Shown piece after piece: positions 27,476-36,053 of a stretch of DNA of 64,000 nucleotides. The stretch's first letter is position 1, and every line of letters starts with the position of its first letter. The position numbers and the translations under genes were made by a program. Origin of the DNA: an uncultured virus (IMG/VR IMGVR_UViG_3300036760_000418). Its lineage: Duplodnaviria > Heunggongvirae > Uroviricota > Caudoviricetes. The DNA lies in IMG/VR virus record IMGVR_UViG_3300036760_000418. One strand, written 5' to 3'. The notes under the pieces are model-generated. The model was not told the DNA's origin, made no database searches, and saw only the letters and a list, made by a program, of their open reading frames with translations.

Positions 27476-27643
27476 GGGAGAAGTTGGCTTACCGAGATAC
27501 GAACCCTTGTGTCAACTCGGGCTGCCCCGCAAACTTCTAGTGCTGTGGGGAGTCCCGGGATAACCAAGATTGCTTGTAAGAGCCGCCTAGTGCTCTCTTG
27601 CGAGTCCAGCGGCTGCTCTAGCAATCTCGGTGTATTATGCGGC

Positions 27644-27862
27644 ATGCCAAGAGAATTCTGGTTCGTTGACGGTTTGACGGAGGGCGAGTGGATCGCTCTC
27701 CAAAGGTTGCTGCGTATTGCGGTGGAAAACCCCGAGGCGGTTTCTGTCCATGGGCGGCAAGCAGCCCCTCTCAAGACTTTGCAGGTTAAGGCTAAGGAGG
27801 CGGTTCGGCGTTCTGCCGATGGCACTCCGATCGTGAAACGCGGGCCTTCTAGGCGTTCGTGA
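27644..27862 (+). CDS. small hypothetical protein within the tRNA array
   Basis: MPREFWFVDG; ggtgtatta motif upstream. Confidence 0.5.
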   Translation: MPREFWFVDGLTEGEWIALQRLLRIAVENPEAVSVHGRQAAPLKTLQVKAKEAVRRSADGTPIVKRGPSRRS

Positions 27863-27867
27863 CCCTT

Positions 27868-27951
27868 GCCCAGGTGGCGTAACGGCAGCCGCGCCAGATT
27901 TAGGATCTGGTGTCTTCGGACGTGCGGGTTCGAGTCCCGCCCTGGGTACCA
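27868..27951 (+). tRNA. tRNA-Leu(TAG)
   Basis: ccaga-ttTAGga-tctgg; type II; CCA. Confidence 0.9.
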
Positions 27952-27964
27952 ACACTTTTGATCA

Positions 27965-28038
27965 GCCCGCTTGGCGCAAATAGGCAGCGCAGCGCTTTTG
28001 TAAGGCGAAGGTTATTGGTTCGATTCCGATAGCGGGCT
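27965..28038 (+). tRNA. tRNA-Thr(TGT)
   Basis: ttTGTaa loop. Confidence 0.85.
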
Positions 28039-28120
28039 CCGGGCTTGACGGCCCTTTTGACTTGCGGTAGATTAGACTCTTCTGGGGGCAGCGGGTAAAA
28101 CCGTCGCCCCCTCGGGGTGC

Positions 28121-28342
28121 TCACCCTGGTTTGCGCTGGGGTGAGCCCTCCAAGTTTTCACGCAGCTTGTCGATGTGGTGCTGGGTGTCGTTGATCCTGT
28201 CCAGGGTCAAGCGGTCCCCGAGCTGACGGGCTTCCACGATGTGCTCCGGCTTCAACCGGCCTCCAAGGGCTTGCAGGACAAGCCGGAGGTCAGGGGTCGA
28301 GAGTTCGAGGATCCAGGTGGGGTCGAGTTTGAGTTGGCTCAT
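28121..28342 (-). CDS. small hypothetical protein
   Basis: MSQLKLDPTW, lies between tRNAs. Confidence 0.5.
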   Translation of the reverse strand: MSQLKLDPTWILELSTPDLRLVLQALGGRLKPEHIVEARQLGDRLTLDRINDTQHHIDKLRENLEGSPQRKPG

Positions 28343-28377
28343 ATTCTCTAGGAGGTGAGAACGGCGTTTTGTTACAC

Positions 28378-28450
28378 GGGGCCGTAGCTCATTTGGGAGA
28401 GCGCACCGTTCGCAACGGTGAGGTAGAGGGTTCAACTCCCTTCGGCTCCA
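28378..28450 (+). tRNA. tRNA-Ala(CGC)
   Basis: caccg-ttCGCaa-cggtg; G3:U70. Confidence 0.9.
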
Positions 28451-28468
28451 CTGAGGGGGTAGTTGTAC

Positions 28469-28541
28469 GGGGCTGTAGCTCACTTGGGAGAGCGCTTCGC
28501 TGGCAGCGAAGAGGTAGAGGGTTCGACTCCCTTCAGCTCCA
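28469..28541 (+). tRNA. tRNA-Ala(GGC)
   Basis: cttcg-ctGGCag-cgaag. Confidence 0.9.
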
Positions 28542-28550
28542 CTGTTTCTT

Positions 28551-28624
28551 GCGGGGTTAACTCAATGGCAGAGTGCCGCTTTTACACGGCGGTTACGTGA
28601 GTTCGATTCTCTCACCCCGTACCA
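28551..28624 (+). tRNA. tRNA-Val(TAC)
   Basis: ttTACac loop; CCA. Confidence 0.85.
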
Positions 28625-28663
28625 AGCTTTCGGGGGCCCGGCCCCCACCAACTTTTAGTTTCT

Positions 28664-28745
28664 GCGAGCGTGGCGTAATTGGCAAACGCGGCGGTTTCAA
28701 AAGCCGTTGTCTTCGGACGTGCGGGTTCAAGTCCCGCCGCTCGCA
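28664..28745 (+). tRNA. tRNA-Leu(CAA)
   Basis: ttCAAaa loop; type II. Confidence 0.9.
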
Positions 28746-28774
28746 CCCTAAGTCTCTTGTGCTCGGTCTAGAGC

Positions 28775-29164
28775 ATGAGTAGCAACATTCTGGTTCATGT
28801 TGGGCGCGTTCTTCACGCGGTGGTTCGCGAGAGGGCCAAGGACACCCTTCGGTCCCCTCATTGGGCAGCGGTCCGTAGGAAACACCTGAAGGCCAACTCT
28901 GTGTGCCTAGCTTGCGGAAGCACGAGTATGTTGCAGGTTCACCACATGGTGCCGTTCTCGGATCGTCCTGACCTAGAGCTTGACCCTACGAACCTGATCA
29001 CGCTCTGTATGAGCCGTAAAGAGTGCCACCTGCACATTGGGCACGGCGGGGGTTACAAGTTCTTCAACCCGAGTGTTCGTGTGCATTCTGGGATGGTGCA
29101 AGCGAATGTGCGCCTACGGTCTGTATGGACGTTGGCTAAGGCGGCCCGTAGGGATAAGCCCTAG
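28775..29164 (+). CDS. small HNH endonuclease
   Basis: CLAC..LQVHH...NLITLC..CH..GH. Confidence 0.85.
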   Translation: MSSNILVHVGRVLHAVVRERAKDTLRSPHWAAVRRKHLKANSVCLACGSTSMLQVHHMVPFSDRPDLELDPTNLITLCMSRKECHLHIGHGGGYKFFNPSVRVHSGMVQANVRLRSVWTLAKAARRDKP

Positions 29165-29171
29165 TTTCCCC

Positions 29172-29242
29172 GCCCTCATAGCATAGTGGCATTGTACATC
29201 CTTGGTACGGATGTGGCCCGAGTTCGATTCTCGGTGAGGGCT
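29172..29242 (+). tRNA. tRNA-Thr(GGT)
   Basis: catcc-ttGGTac-ggatg. Confidence 0.85.
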
Positions 29243-29710
29243 CAGTTTCTTTTGGTGTCGGGTCGTAAGAACATGGACACTGAAGCACGGGTCACACTCC
29301 CCATCCCGAGGATGCGGCACCAACCTCCGGTTCACTTCCCGGGTCCGAGTCCGCTGCCGGTGCTGCCCACCGAGGCGGATCTCGCGAAAGCCGAGAAGCG
29401 GTTGGAGCAGACCCAGGATCGGTACCGTAGCACAATGCGGCCCGGGCTTAAAGAATGACACCCAGGGCATCAAGCGTACGATGCGTAGGCTTGAGCAGTC
29501 TATTGCGAGTGGTCGTTTGGGGGAGCGGGATCTGTACGACGCGATCGTGAACTTCCACCTGCTCAAGAAAGTGCTAGAGGGCAAAAAGAATGCAGCGTTC
29601 GGGCCGGTCAGAGCCTTCGAGAACGTGCTCTTGGTGCATAGGATCGTGACCCGTTACTTGGGTTTCTCTCGCTGAGGTGGTGTAGTACCTAGCTGGCAGG
29701 GCTTCGAGCG

Positions 29711-30070
29711 TTGGTGTCAAACTCACAAATAAGCGTCCGGGTTATCGATGCGGTAATCGGGATGGGTGTATTTTCCGAGAACTTTTTCAGGCGCGGCGAT
29801 CTTGTTGAGGCTTGTCGTGCGTTACCCTTTCCCAATGTAGCGGTGCCGGACCAGGTGCTATATGACCATCGTCTGGCTTGGTCCGAGCATGAGGACTGTG
29901 TCGGCACGGGCTTTTCAATGCTGTACAACCACAGTGACGATCCGAACTGCAACATGGTTCGGATGCCCGCCCACGGAACCGTGCCAGATATGCTTTATGT
30001 GGTTGCGTTGCGTGATATCGTTCCGGGTGAGCAGTTGCTGATCAAGTACAAGTGCGAACCCTGGTGGTGA
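29711..30070 (+). CDS. SET-domain lysine methyltransferase
   Basis: GMGVF, YNHSDDPNC, ALRDIVPGEQLLIKY. Confidence 0.85.
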   Translation: MVSNSQISVRVIDAVIGMGVFSENFFRRGDLVEACRALPFPNVAVPDQVLYDHRLAWSEHEDCVGTGFSMLYNHSDDPNCNMVRMPAHGTVPDMLYVVALRDIVPGEQLLIKYKCEPWW

Positions 30071-30082
30071 AACTTTACTCTT

Positions 30083-30154
30083 GCGAGTGTAGTCTAACGG
30101 TTAGGCGGCAGCCTTCCAAGCTGCACTACGTGGGTTCGACTCCCATCACTCGCT
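30083..30154 (+). tRNA. tRNA-Gly(TCC)
   Basis: gcagc-ctTCCaa-gctgc. Confidence 0.9.
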
Positions 30155-30160
30155 CTAGTT

Positions 30161-30232
30161 GGCGGATTACCCAAGTGGAAAGGGGCCAGATTGCAACCCT
30201 GGTATTCGTCGGTTCGATTCCGACATCCGCCT
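30161..30232 (+). tRNA. tRNA-Cys(GCA)
   Basis: ttGCAac loop. Confidence 0.85.
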
Positions 30233-30283
30233 CCGGCTCCGCCCGCGTGCCATAAGGGAATGAATACTCCAGCGGGCTCCAAT

Positions 30284-30356
30284 GCCCTCGTAGTCTAATG
30301 GATCAGGCGTCCGCCTTCTATGCGGAACCATGCAGGTTCGAGTCCTGCCGAGGGTG
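30284..30356 (+). tRNA. tRNA-Arg(TCT)
   Basis: tccgc-ctTCTat-gcgga. Confidence 0.85.
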
Positions 30357-30541
30357 CTATGGACAAAGTGAGTAAGTACGACGTGATCTCTGCTATGGCC
30401 GCTACGGCACGTACTGCACCTGACCAACTACGGTTCGTGGCTCAGTTGCTTGATGTAGCGCCGTGTCTCTCTTGTGATTTCATTCAGTACCACTGCATTT
30501 GCCCAGGCAAATCGCCCCTCATCGGGCACAATGAAGACTAA

Positions 30542-30613
30542 GGTCACGACGCCTAAAGGAAGGGCACCAGCCTCCGAAGCTGGCTAATGCGGGTTCGATT
30601 CCCGCCGTGATCA
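30542..30613 (+). tRNA. tRNA-Arg(CCG)
   Basis: ccagc-ctCCGaa-gctgg. Confidence 0.85.
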
Positions 30614-30776
30614 CTGTAGGCGATTGTCGTCGTCTCCATGCCTAAACATAGGGGTGTCGTTCTAGCGGACTTCGCTACCGTTCCTGGCATCAAAGATCCT
30701 ACCGCCAGACGCTATACAGTGCGGTAGGTGAAGAAGACCGAGCCTGGAGCAGTTTGATCACTGCAAAAGGCCGTAT

Positions 30777-30858
30777 GCACCCGTGGTCCAATGGAAGGGC
30801 ACATCGCTACGAACGATGGACCGTAAGGTCAATGCAGGTTCGAGTCCTGCCGGGTGCG
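30777..30858 (+). tRNA. tRNA-Arg(ACG), long variable arm
   Basis: catcg-ctACGaa-cgatg; gacc-gtaa-ggtc hairpin. Confidence 0.85.
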
Positions 30859-30882
30859 CCCTGCTTGGTGTATCTCTTTTCA

Positions 30883-30950
30883 CGCACGTTCCATTGGATG
30901 GGTTCTGCTCTCATAAGGCAGGGGGGGCGGTTCGATCCCGCTACGTGCGA
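30883..30950 (+). tRNA. tRNA-Met/Ile(CAT), reduced D arm
   Basis: ctCATaa loop. Confidence 0.65.
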
Positions 30951-31039
30951 CTATGCGAGGTCCAGGTTCGATTAAAGGCTCCGCAGTAGCCGCAGTAAGT
31001 AGCCCTAGAGGTACATTGAACACCCCGTCTTCGGGCCTC

Positions 31040-31297
31040 ATGAACTTCGTAGTCCACATGAAGCGCGACCGCTACGATGTCTACATCGGACGGCCGACCA
31101 TCTGGGGCAACAAGTTCGAGATCGGTAAAGACGGTACTCGTGGGGAAGTGATCGCGAAGTACGAGGCTTGGTTGCAGGAGCACCCTAGTTTCATCGCGAT
31201 GGTGAAACGGGATCTGCGTGGTAAGGTGCTTGGGTGCTGGTGCAAGCCCAAAGCTTGTCACGGGGACATTCTGGCGAGGATCGCAAACGAAGACTAG
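31040..31297 (+). CDS. DUF4326-family protein
   Basis: DVYIGRPTIWGN...LRGKVLGCWCKPKACHGDIL. Confidence 0.85.
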   Translation: MNFVVHMKRDRYDVYIGRPTIWGNKFEIGKDGTRGEVIAKYEAWLQEHPSFIAMVKRDLRGKVLGCWCKPKACHGDILARIANED

Positions 31298-31361
31298 CTC
31301 GGGCTTGATAATCCATTTGGGTGTCGTCTAACGGTAGGACGAGTTTTCTGTGGAGTCGTTT

Positions 31362-31432
31362 TCGGGGGTCGTCTAATGGCAGGACGACGGTTTCTGGTAC
31401 CGTCTATCGGGGTTCGAGTCCCTGCTCCCGAG
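31362..31432 (+). tRNA. tRNA-Gln(CTG)
   Basis: acggt-ttCTGgt-accgt; 5'-half remnant just upstream at ~31317-31350. Confidence 0.85.
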
Positions 31433-31474
31433 CCGGTATTGGAAGGATGGCGATTGTCATGTAGATTGTGTTAT

Positions 31475-31545
31475 TGCGGCGCAAGCGGGGACGCTGGCCG
31501 AGTCTCATAAGCTCGGAGAGTCTGGTTCGATTCCAGAGGCCGCAA
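31475..31545 (+). tRNA. tRNA-Met/Ile(CAT)
   Basis: cgagt-ctCATaa-gctcg. Confidence 0.7.
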
Positions 31546-31556
31546 CTAAGTTCTGT

Positions 31557-31628
31557 AGCGGGGTGGAGCAGTCTGGTAGCTCGTTGGGCTCAAACCTAAA
31601 GGCCGGTGGTTCAAATCCATCTCCCGCT
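31557..31628 (+). tRNA. initiator-like tRNA with a 6-nt anticodon loop (possible pseudogene)
   Basis: fMet-like D arm; ttggg-ctcaaa-cctaa. Confidence 0.6.
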
Positions 31629-31717
31629 TCCCCTAAAGAGGACTCCAGGTGATACGCGAGGCCAAACCTCGTAGTGACGTGAATCAACACCTTAGCTGGG
31701 GTCCTGCTTAGAGATAT

Positions 31718-31801
31718 GCACAGGTGGCGTAACTGGTAAACGCGCTAGACTAAGGATCTAGTGGTCGAAAGATCGTGCGGGTTCGAGCCCCGCTCTGTGC
31801 A
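31718..31801 (+). tRNA. tRNA-Leu(AAG)
   Basis: ctaga-ctAAGga-tctag; type II. Confidence 0.85.
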
Positions 31802-31916
31802 CTGTTTTCCTGCGGTGACTCCGGCAGGGGTTGAGAAACGTCGGTTTACTCGGTTTGCAAGTCGTCCCATCTCTCAGGGGTACAGCAAGCCATAGAGTTC
31901 CGTCAGGAGTCTTTTA

Positions 31917-31988
31917 CGAGGTGTAGTCTATTGGTAAGACGCTTGCTTCGGGAGCAAGAGCTAGCGAGTTCGATTCTCGCCACCTCGA
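31917..31988 (+). tRNA. tRNA-Pro(CGG)
   Basis: cttgc-ttCGGga-gcaag. Confidence 0.85.
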
Positions 31989-31998
31989 CTAACTTCTC

Positions 31999-32072
31999 GC
32001 GGGTATAGTTCAGTGGTTGAATGCGTGCTTCCCAAGCATGAGACGAGGGTTCGATTCCCTCTACCCGCACCA
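31999..32072 (+). tRNA. tRNA-Gly(CCC)
   Basis: ttCCCaa loop; CCA. Confidence 0.9.
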
Positions 32073-32170
32073 GGGAGAAGTTGGTTCGACTCCAACACAA
32101 GGTTCGTATCACCGTCCCCGTGATGTTCTTGATATGAACCTTGTCGGTCTACCGGAGAGACGTCCTCATT

Positions 32171-32245
32171 GCTCCCATAGTTTAGTGGACAGAATGCTTG
32201 GTTTTCACCCAGGCGAGCGGAGTTCGATTCTCCGTGGGAGCACCA
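32171..32245 (+). tRNA. tRNA-Glu(TTC)
   Basis: ttTTCac loop; CCA. Confidence 0.9.
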
Positions 32246-32252
32246 GTTTCGT

Positions 32253-32326
32253 TGGGGTATCGCCAAGTGGCCTGGCAACACGCTCTGACCGTGTCTACGG
32301 GAGTTCGATTCTCTCTACCCCTGCCA
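32253..32326 (+). tRNA. tRNA-Gln(CTG)
   Basis: acacg-ctCTGac-cgtgt; CCA. Confidence 0.85.
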
Positions 32327-32331
32327 GTTAT

Positions 32332-32402
32332 TCAGGCGTCGTCTAATGGTAAGACGAAGGTTTTTGATACCTTCTACGGGAGTTCGATTCTCTCCGCCTG
32401 AA
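32332..32402 (+). tRNA. tRNA-Gln(TTG)
   Basis: aaggt-ttTTGat-acctt. Confidence 0.85.
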
Positions 32403-32406
32403 CCTT

Positions 32407-32480
32407 GGGATCGGAGGTGTCTGGAGACACCGCTGGCTTGTCACGCCAGGTCGAGGCGAGTTCGATTCTCGTCGGTCCCG
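32407..32480 (+). tRNA. tRNA-Asp(GTC)
   Basis: ctggc-ttGTCac-gccag. Confidence 0.8.
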
Positions 32481-32550
32481 CCGAACCTGGGAGCAACACA
32501 ACAACGGGTAGTAGCTTTGCTCGTGAACCTCGTTGTTGTGCCAGGTCTTT

Positions 32551-32625
32551 GTCCCGTTCTGCTAGAGGCCAGGCAACCTGATTCTCAGTCAGGGAACATC
32601 GGTTCGATTCCGATACGGGACGCCA
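32551..32625 (+). tRNA. tRNA-Glu(CTC)
   Basis: cctga-ttCTCag-tcagg; CCA. Confidence 0.9.
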
Positions 32626-32646
32626 AGTTCGGCTGTGTGAAGAGTT

Positions 32647-32730
32647 GGAGAAGACCCGAATGGTCAGGAGTCGGCTTTGAATACCGATAAGGCCCAAAAG
32701 GCTGAGCGAGTTCGATTCTCGCCTTCTCCG
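32647..32730 (+). tRNA. tRNA-Ser(TGA)
   Basis: ttTGAat loop; type II. Confidence 0.8.
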
Positions 32731-32738
32731 CTGCCGAG

Positions 32739-32821
32739 GGAAGACATCCGAATGGTCAGGAGTTTGCTTGGAAAGCAAATAAGGCCGCAAGGCTGAGTCG
32801 GTTCGATTCCGGCGTCTTCCG
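32739..32821 (+). tRNA. tRNA-Ser(GGA)
   Basis: tttgc-ttGGAaa-gcaaa; type II. Confidence 0.85.
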
Positions 32822-32934
32822 CCGTTTCTCGGGGCTGTGTTTGTCCCCAAGTCTGCGAAAACACCTGAACGCCAACCTGTAGAGTCAAAGGCGGGTGCGA
32901 GACCTGCTGGCGTTCAGTCGTGGAGAGGAACGAT

Positions 32935-33018
32935 GGAAACTGAACTTGCTGTGGAGCAAGACCCATCTCGAAAATGGTGTGAGCCGCAAGGCTTGGCGTT
33001 CGACTCGTCCGGTTTCCG
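32935..33018 (+). tRNA. tRNA-Ser(CGA)
   Basis: ctCGAaa loop; type II; atypical D arm. Confidence 0.7.
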
Positions 33019-33076
33019 CTGACTTCTATTTTCTCCGCCATGTGTCAGTTGGCTAAAAGGCAGGCGTCTTTAAGTC

Positions 33077-33274
33077 ATGGAACACGGATGGATTGAATAC
33101 ACCGCTTGTCGCTTCCACGGCTCCAAATCATGGGGACCGTGGGTTGATCTGACCAGGAATCAAGCCCGTGGTCTTTTGGGTAGCCTGGAGCGGTATGAGA
33201 AGCATCGCGGGGAATGGCGCTACCAAGACAAGGATGGAGTGATCCTTCTCATCGTGGCTTTTCATCGTCGCTGA
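33077..33274 (+). CDS. small hypothetical protein
   Basis: ORF between tRNAs. Confidence 0.4.
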   Translation: MEHGWIEYTACRFHGSKSWGPWVDLTRNQARGLLGSLERYEKHRGEWRYQDKDGVILLIVAFHRR

Positions 33275-33297
33275 TAATCAAAGAGCTGTGACAATTT

Positions 33298-33382
33298 GGA
33301 AGACGAAATGATCAAGGATCATCCTGGATTGCTAATCCAAGGGGACGCGCAAGCGTCTGGGGAGCATGCCCTCCGTCTTCCG
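33298..33382 (+). tRNA. tRNA-Ser(GCT), non-canonical T loop
   Basis: ttGCTaa loop; type II; T loop lacks TTC. Confidence 0.65.
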
Positions 33383-33508
33383 CCGACCGGCAACGGTCAG
33401 ACTGGCTGGCGTCCAGTCGCGTGGTGAAAGACACGCTAGCTAGGGCAAAGCTACTAAGCTGAAGGATACGCCTCCTTCGGCAGCCCATTTTTAGGTCATC
33501 AAAAGTAA

Positions 33509-33583
33509 CGGGGTGTAGCTCAGCCTGGCTAGAGCGCGTGCTTTGGGAGCATGAGGTCGCACGTTCGAGTCGTGTCGCCCCGA
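33509..33583 (+). tRNA. tRNA-Pro(TGG)
   Basis: ttTGGga loop. Confidence 0.9.
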
Positions 33584-33618
33584 CTACGTTTGTTATAGAG
33601 TGCTGGCGGGATCTTTTA

Positions 33619-33692
33619 CGAGGTGTGGGGTAATGGTTGCCCGCCTGTTTCGGGAACAGGAGCTTGAGCAGGTTCGATTCCTGTCACCTCGA
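33619..33692 (+). tRNA. tRNA-Pro(CGG)
   Basis: cctgt-ttCGGga-acagg. Confidence 0.85.
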
Positions 33693-33700
33693 CTAGTTTT

Positions 33701-33777
33701 GTTGAATGAACGCTAATGGTTAGCGGCTCGGCTGTGAATCGAGTGTTAGCTGGGTTCGATTCCCGCCATTCAACCCA
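33701..33777 (+). tRNA. tRNA-His(GTG)
   Basis: ctGTGaa loop; CCA. Confidence 0.85.
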
Positions 33778-33779
33778 AT

Positions 33780-33854
33780 GCTCCAGTGGTCCAAAGGATG
33801 GGCACCGCTTTCCTAAAGCGGCGTATGCAGGTTCGAGTCCTGCCTGGAGCACCA
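33780..33854 (+). tRNA. tRNA-Arg(CCT)
   Basis: ccgct-ttCCTaa-agcgg; CCA. Confidence 0.9.
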
Positions 33855-33855
33855 T

Positions 33856-33929
33856 CCACGCATCGTCTAGTGATAGGGCATTCGCTTGATAGGCGAATTA
33901 CGGGGGTTTGATTCCCTCTGCGTGGACCA
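33856..33929 (+). tRNA. tRNA-Ile(GAT)
   Basis: ttcgc-ttGATag-gcgaa; CCA. Confidence 0.75.
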
Positions 33930-33931
33930 AT

Positions 33932-34002
33932 GGCTGGTCAGCTCGAAGGTCGAGCAATCGGCATATAACCGATAGGACTGGGTTCAATTCCCAGGCTAGC
34001 CA
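33932..34002 (+). tRNA. tRNA-Ile(TAT), A at position 33
   Basis: atcgg-caTATaa-ccgat. Confidence 0.7.
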
Positions 34003-34006
34003 CTAC

Positions 34007-34078
34007 GGACCTGTAGCTCAGCGGCTGAGTGCTTGCGCGACACGCAAGAAGACGTCGGTTCGATTCCGACCAGGTCCA
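34007..34078 (+). tRNA. tRNA-Val(GAC)
   Basis: cttgc-gcGACac-gcaag. Confidence 0.8.
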
Positions 34079-34175
34079 CCTCGTACGTTGGTGTCCTAGG
34101 CGGGACCGGACAGCGGACATACAATAGCCCAGGAACACGAGCTTACCGTTGCCAGCGTCCGACATCGCTGGACTT

Positions 34176-34246
34176 GGGGATCTAACACAACGGGCGTGTG
34201 CTAGCCTTGCAAGCTAGAAATCGGAGTTCGATTCTCCGGATCTCCA
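34176..34246 (+). tRNA. tRNA-Ala(TGC)
   Basis: ctagc-ctTGCaa-gctag; G3:U70. Confidence 0.85.
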
Positions 34247-34254
34247 CCTACCTA

Positions 34255-34500
34255 TTACAGTGCCTCGAAAGCTTCTCGAATGAATCTGGCCAGCAGCAAG
34301 TTGACCGAGTGCGTTTGGGTGCCTCGGAGCAACCCCTTCACGTGGTTGCGGATAGTGTAGAGGCTCAGGCTGAGACGGACGGCTACTTCCTCTGGTGTCA
34401 TACCCTCCAAAAAGAGGCAGAGCACTTCTGTCTCTCGTCGGGTCAGGTTGTACTTGACCGCAAAGGTGCGGCAGGCGTCGAGCAACTTCGTGTTGAGCAT
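34255..34500 (-). CDS. LuxR-type HTH regulator
   Basis: LTRRETEVL...GMTPEEVA.RL.LS..TIRNHV. Confidence 0.85.
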   Translation of the reverse strand: MLNTKLLDACRTFAVKYNLTRRETEVLCLFLEGMTPEEVAVRLSLSLYTIRNHVKGLLRGTQTHSVNLLLARFIREAFEAL

Positions 34501-34734
34501 GGCTATTCATGTGTTTTCATTAGTTCTTTTGCATAACCCTTTGCAAGTAGTTGTCGGAAGGTCGGCCTAGAAGTCGCCATCCTCTAAAGAGTCCCGCCGA
34601 GTGGGCTGCCACGCGATCCAATAGCTCCGGCCGGAGCAAGCCATCGAATCGGCCAGAGTGAGCGGGGCATCGGCCAAAAGCTAGCCACGCTTGCCATCTG
34701 TAAGTTTGGTGTAACAACACACCGGCAACTGTTT

Positions 34735-35022
34735 CTATCCGCGTTGAGTCGCGAGTTCGTCTTGGACTGCCGGGATTCCTAGGGTGCCTTTGGGGCCTTC
34801 AATCACACCGCCTTGCATAGGCCAGCTTTTTTGAAGCGCGAGCCGCTCAAGGTCTCGATTCCTGATCACGGCATCGGCGATGTCCTCAGCAGGGCCACGG
34901 CCGATCCCCGTTTTCTCCCGTATGAAACGCATGAGCCGGTCCACCTTGGACTGCTTGGACTCCTTGGGCTCGTACTTGAAGGCCAGGAATCGGCGTAAAA
35001 CGGTAGAGGTGAGGGGATCCAC
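34735..35022 (-). CDS. hypothetical protein
   Basis: GTG-start ORF. Confidence 0.55.
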   Translation of the reverse strand: MDPLTSTVLRRFLAFKYEPKESKQSKVDRLMRFIREKTGIGRGPAEDIADAVIRNRDLERLALQKSWPMQGGVIEGPKGTLGIPAVQDELATQRG

Positions 35023-35117
35023 CCTTGAGCAGTCGTATCAAAACTTTGGTTTTCAGTGTAATAAGGCACCGTAGGGTTCCTAGTGCTTCCCTATAAGCAC
35101 TCAGATCGGATGGACAT

Positions 35118-35369
35118 ATGGAAAAGAATGCACTCGGACCGGCGGATAGAATCCTCCAGACTGAATTGTCAGTTATTTTGGAGAAGCTGAGAAGCGACGT
35201 GTGCGTTCTGTTTCAGGTTGAGCGCATCAGTGCTATTTGTCTAGACTCCAGCTTGCATCACCCCGGTGTTGAGCAAAGCACCGTTGCTAAAACCACTAAC
35301 ATTGTCCAAGTGCTGTCTACCCCAGAAGCCGAGCTTCTCAAATTCCTTGGTGCAGCACAACAGAAATAA
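35118..35369 (+). pseudogene. possible displaced 5' remnant of the TROVE/vWA gene
   Basis: NALGPADRILQT resembles ENLSAADRIISS at 36050. Confidence 0.4.
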
Positions 35370-35372
35370 CTT

Positions 35373-36053
35373 GTGTGCACTGTGTGGTCAGAGTATGCTG
35401 TACATGTGGGAACCAAGACCAAGCGATGCACGCAATGTGGGGAAGCAAAGCCCGTAGAGGAGTTTCGGATCAAAATCTTAGCGAAGGGTGTTAGGATTGC
35501 TCTATGCACACCTTGCGACATTGCCTACCGGGCTGCTCGGTACAAACGAGCAGACAAGGCTTTAGCAAAGGAACGCAGAGAAGAGCACCTAGAACGACGC
35601 CGGAAACGAGTTGCCTCCGGAGATCTCAAGGAACCCAAAACTAAGGCCTGTATCACCTGTGGCGAACGAAAGTTAGTTAGCAATTTCCGTTGGCGGGATG
35701 AATCGCTAGCTTACCGCGTAAACAAGTGCTCTGCCTGCGACAAAGAGAATAGGTTACAAGTTTACCAGAAAAAGAAAGGGCTTTTTCTGGCCAATAACAA
35801 GCGAGCCCAAGCAAAGCTCAGGAAACTACTAAATGAACTCAAGGCAGGCCCGTGTATGGACTGTCATAATAACTACCCACCCTATGTGATGGATTTAGAC
35901 CATCGAGATCCTGCTACAAAAGTAGCTAAAGTCTCCTCACTCGTCTTTGATGGGTCGCGAAATCTTTTAATAGCCGAGGTAGCCAAGTGCGATCTTATCT
36001 GTGCAAACTGTCACCGCATACGAACATATAACAGGAGTCTCAAACTCAAATGA
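35373..36053 (+). CDS. HNH endonuclease with repeated zinc-finger modules
   Basis: CMDC..DLDHRDP...KCDLICANCHRIRT. Confidence 0.85.
   Translation: MCTVWSEYAVHVGTKTKRCTQCGEAKPVEEFRIKILAKGVRIALCTPCDIAYRAARYKRADKALAKERREEHLERRRKRVASGDLKEPKTKACITCGERKLVSNFRWRDESLAYRVNKCSACDKENRLQVYQKKKGLFLANNKRAQAKLRKLLNELKAGPCMDCHNNYPPYVMDLDHRDPATKVAKVSSLVFDGSRNLLIAEVAKCDLICANCHRIRTYNRSLKLK

Noticed and set aside
25733..34250. Many short ORFs overlapping tRNA genes
   Set aside because: Explained by tRNA sequence.
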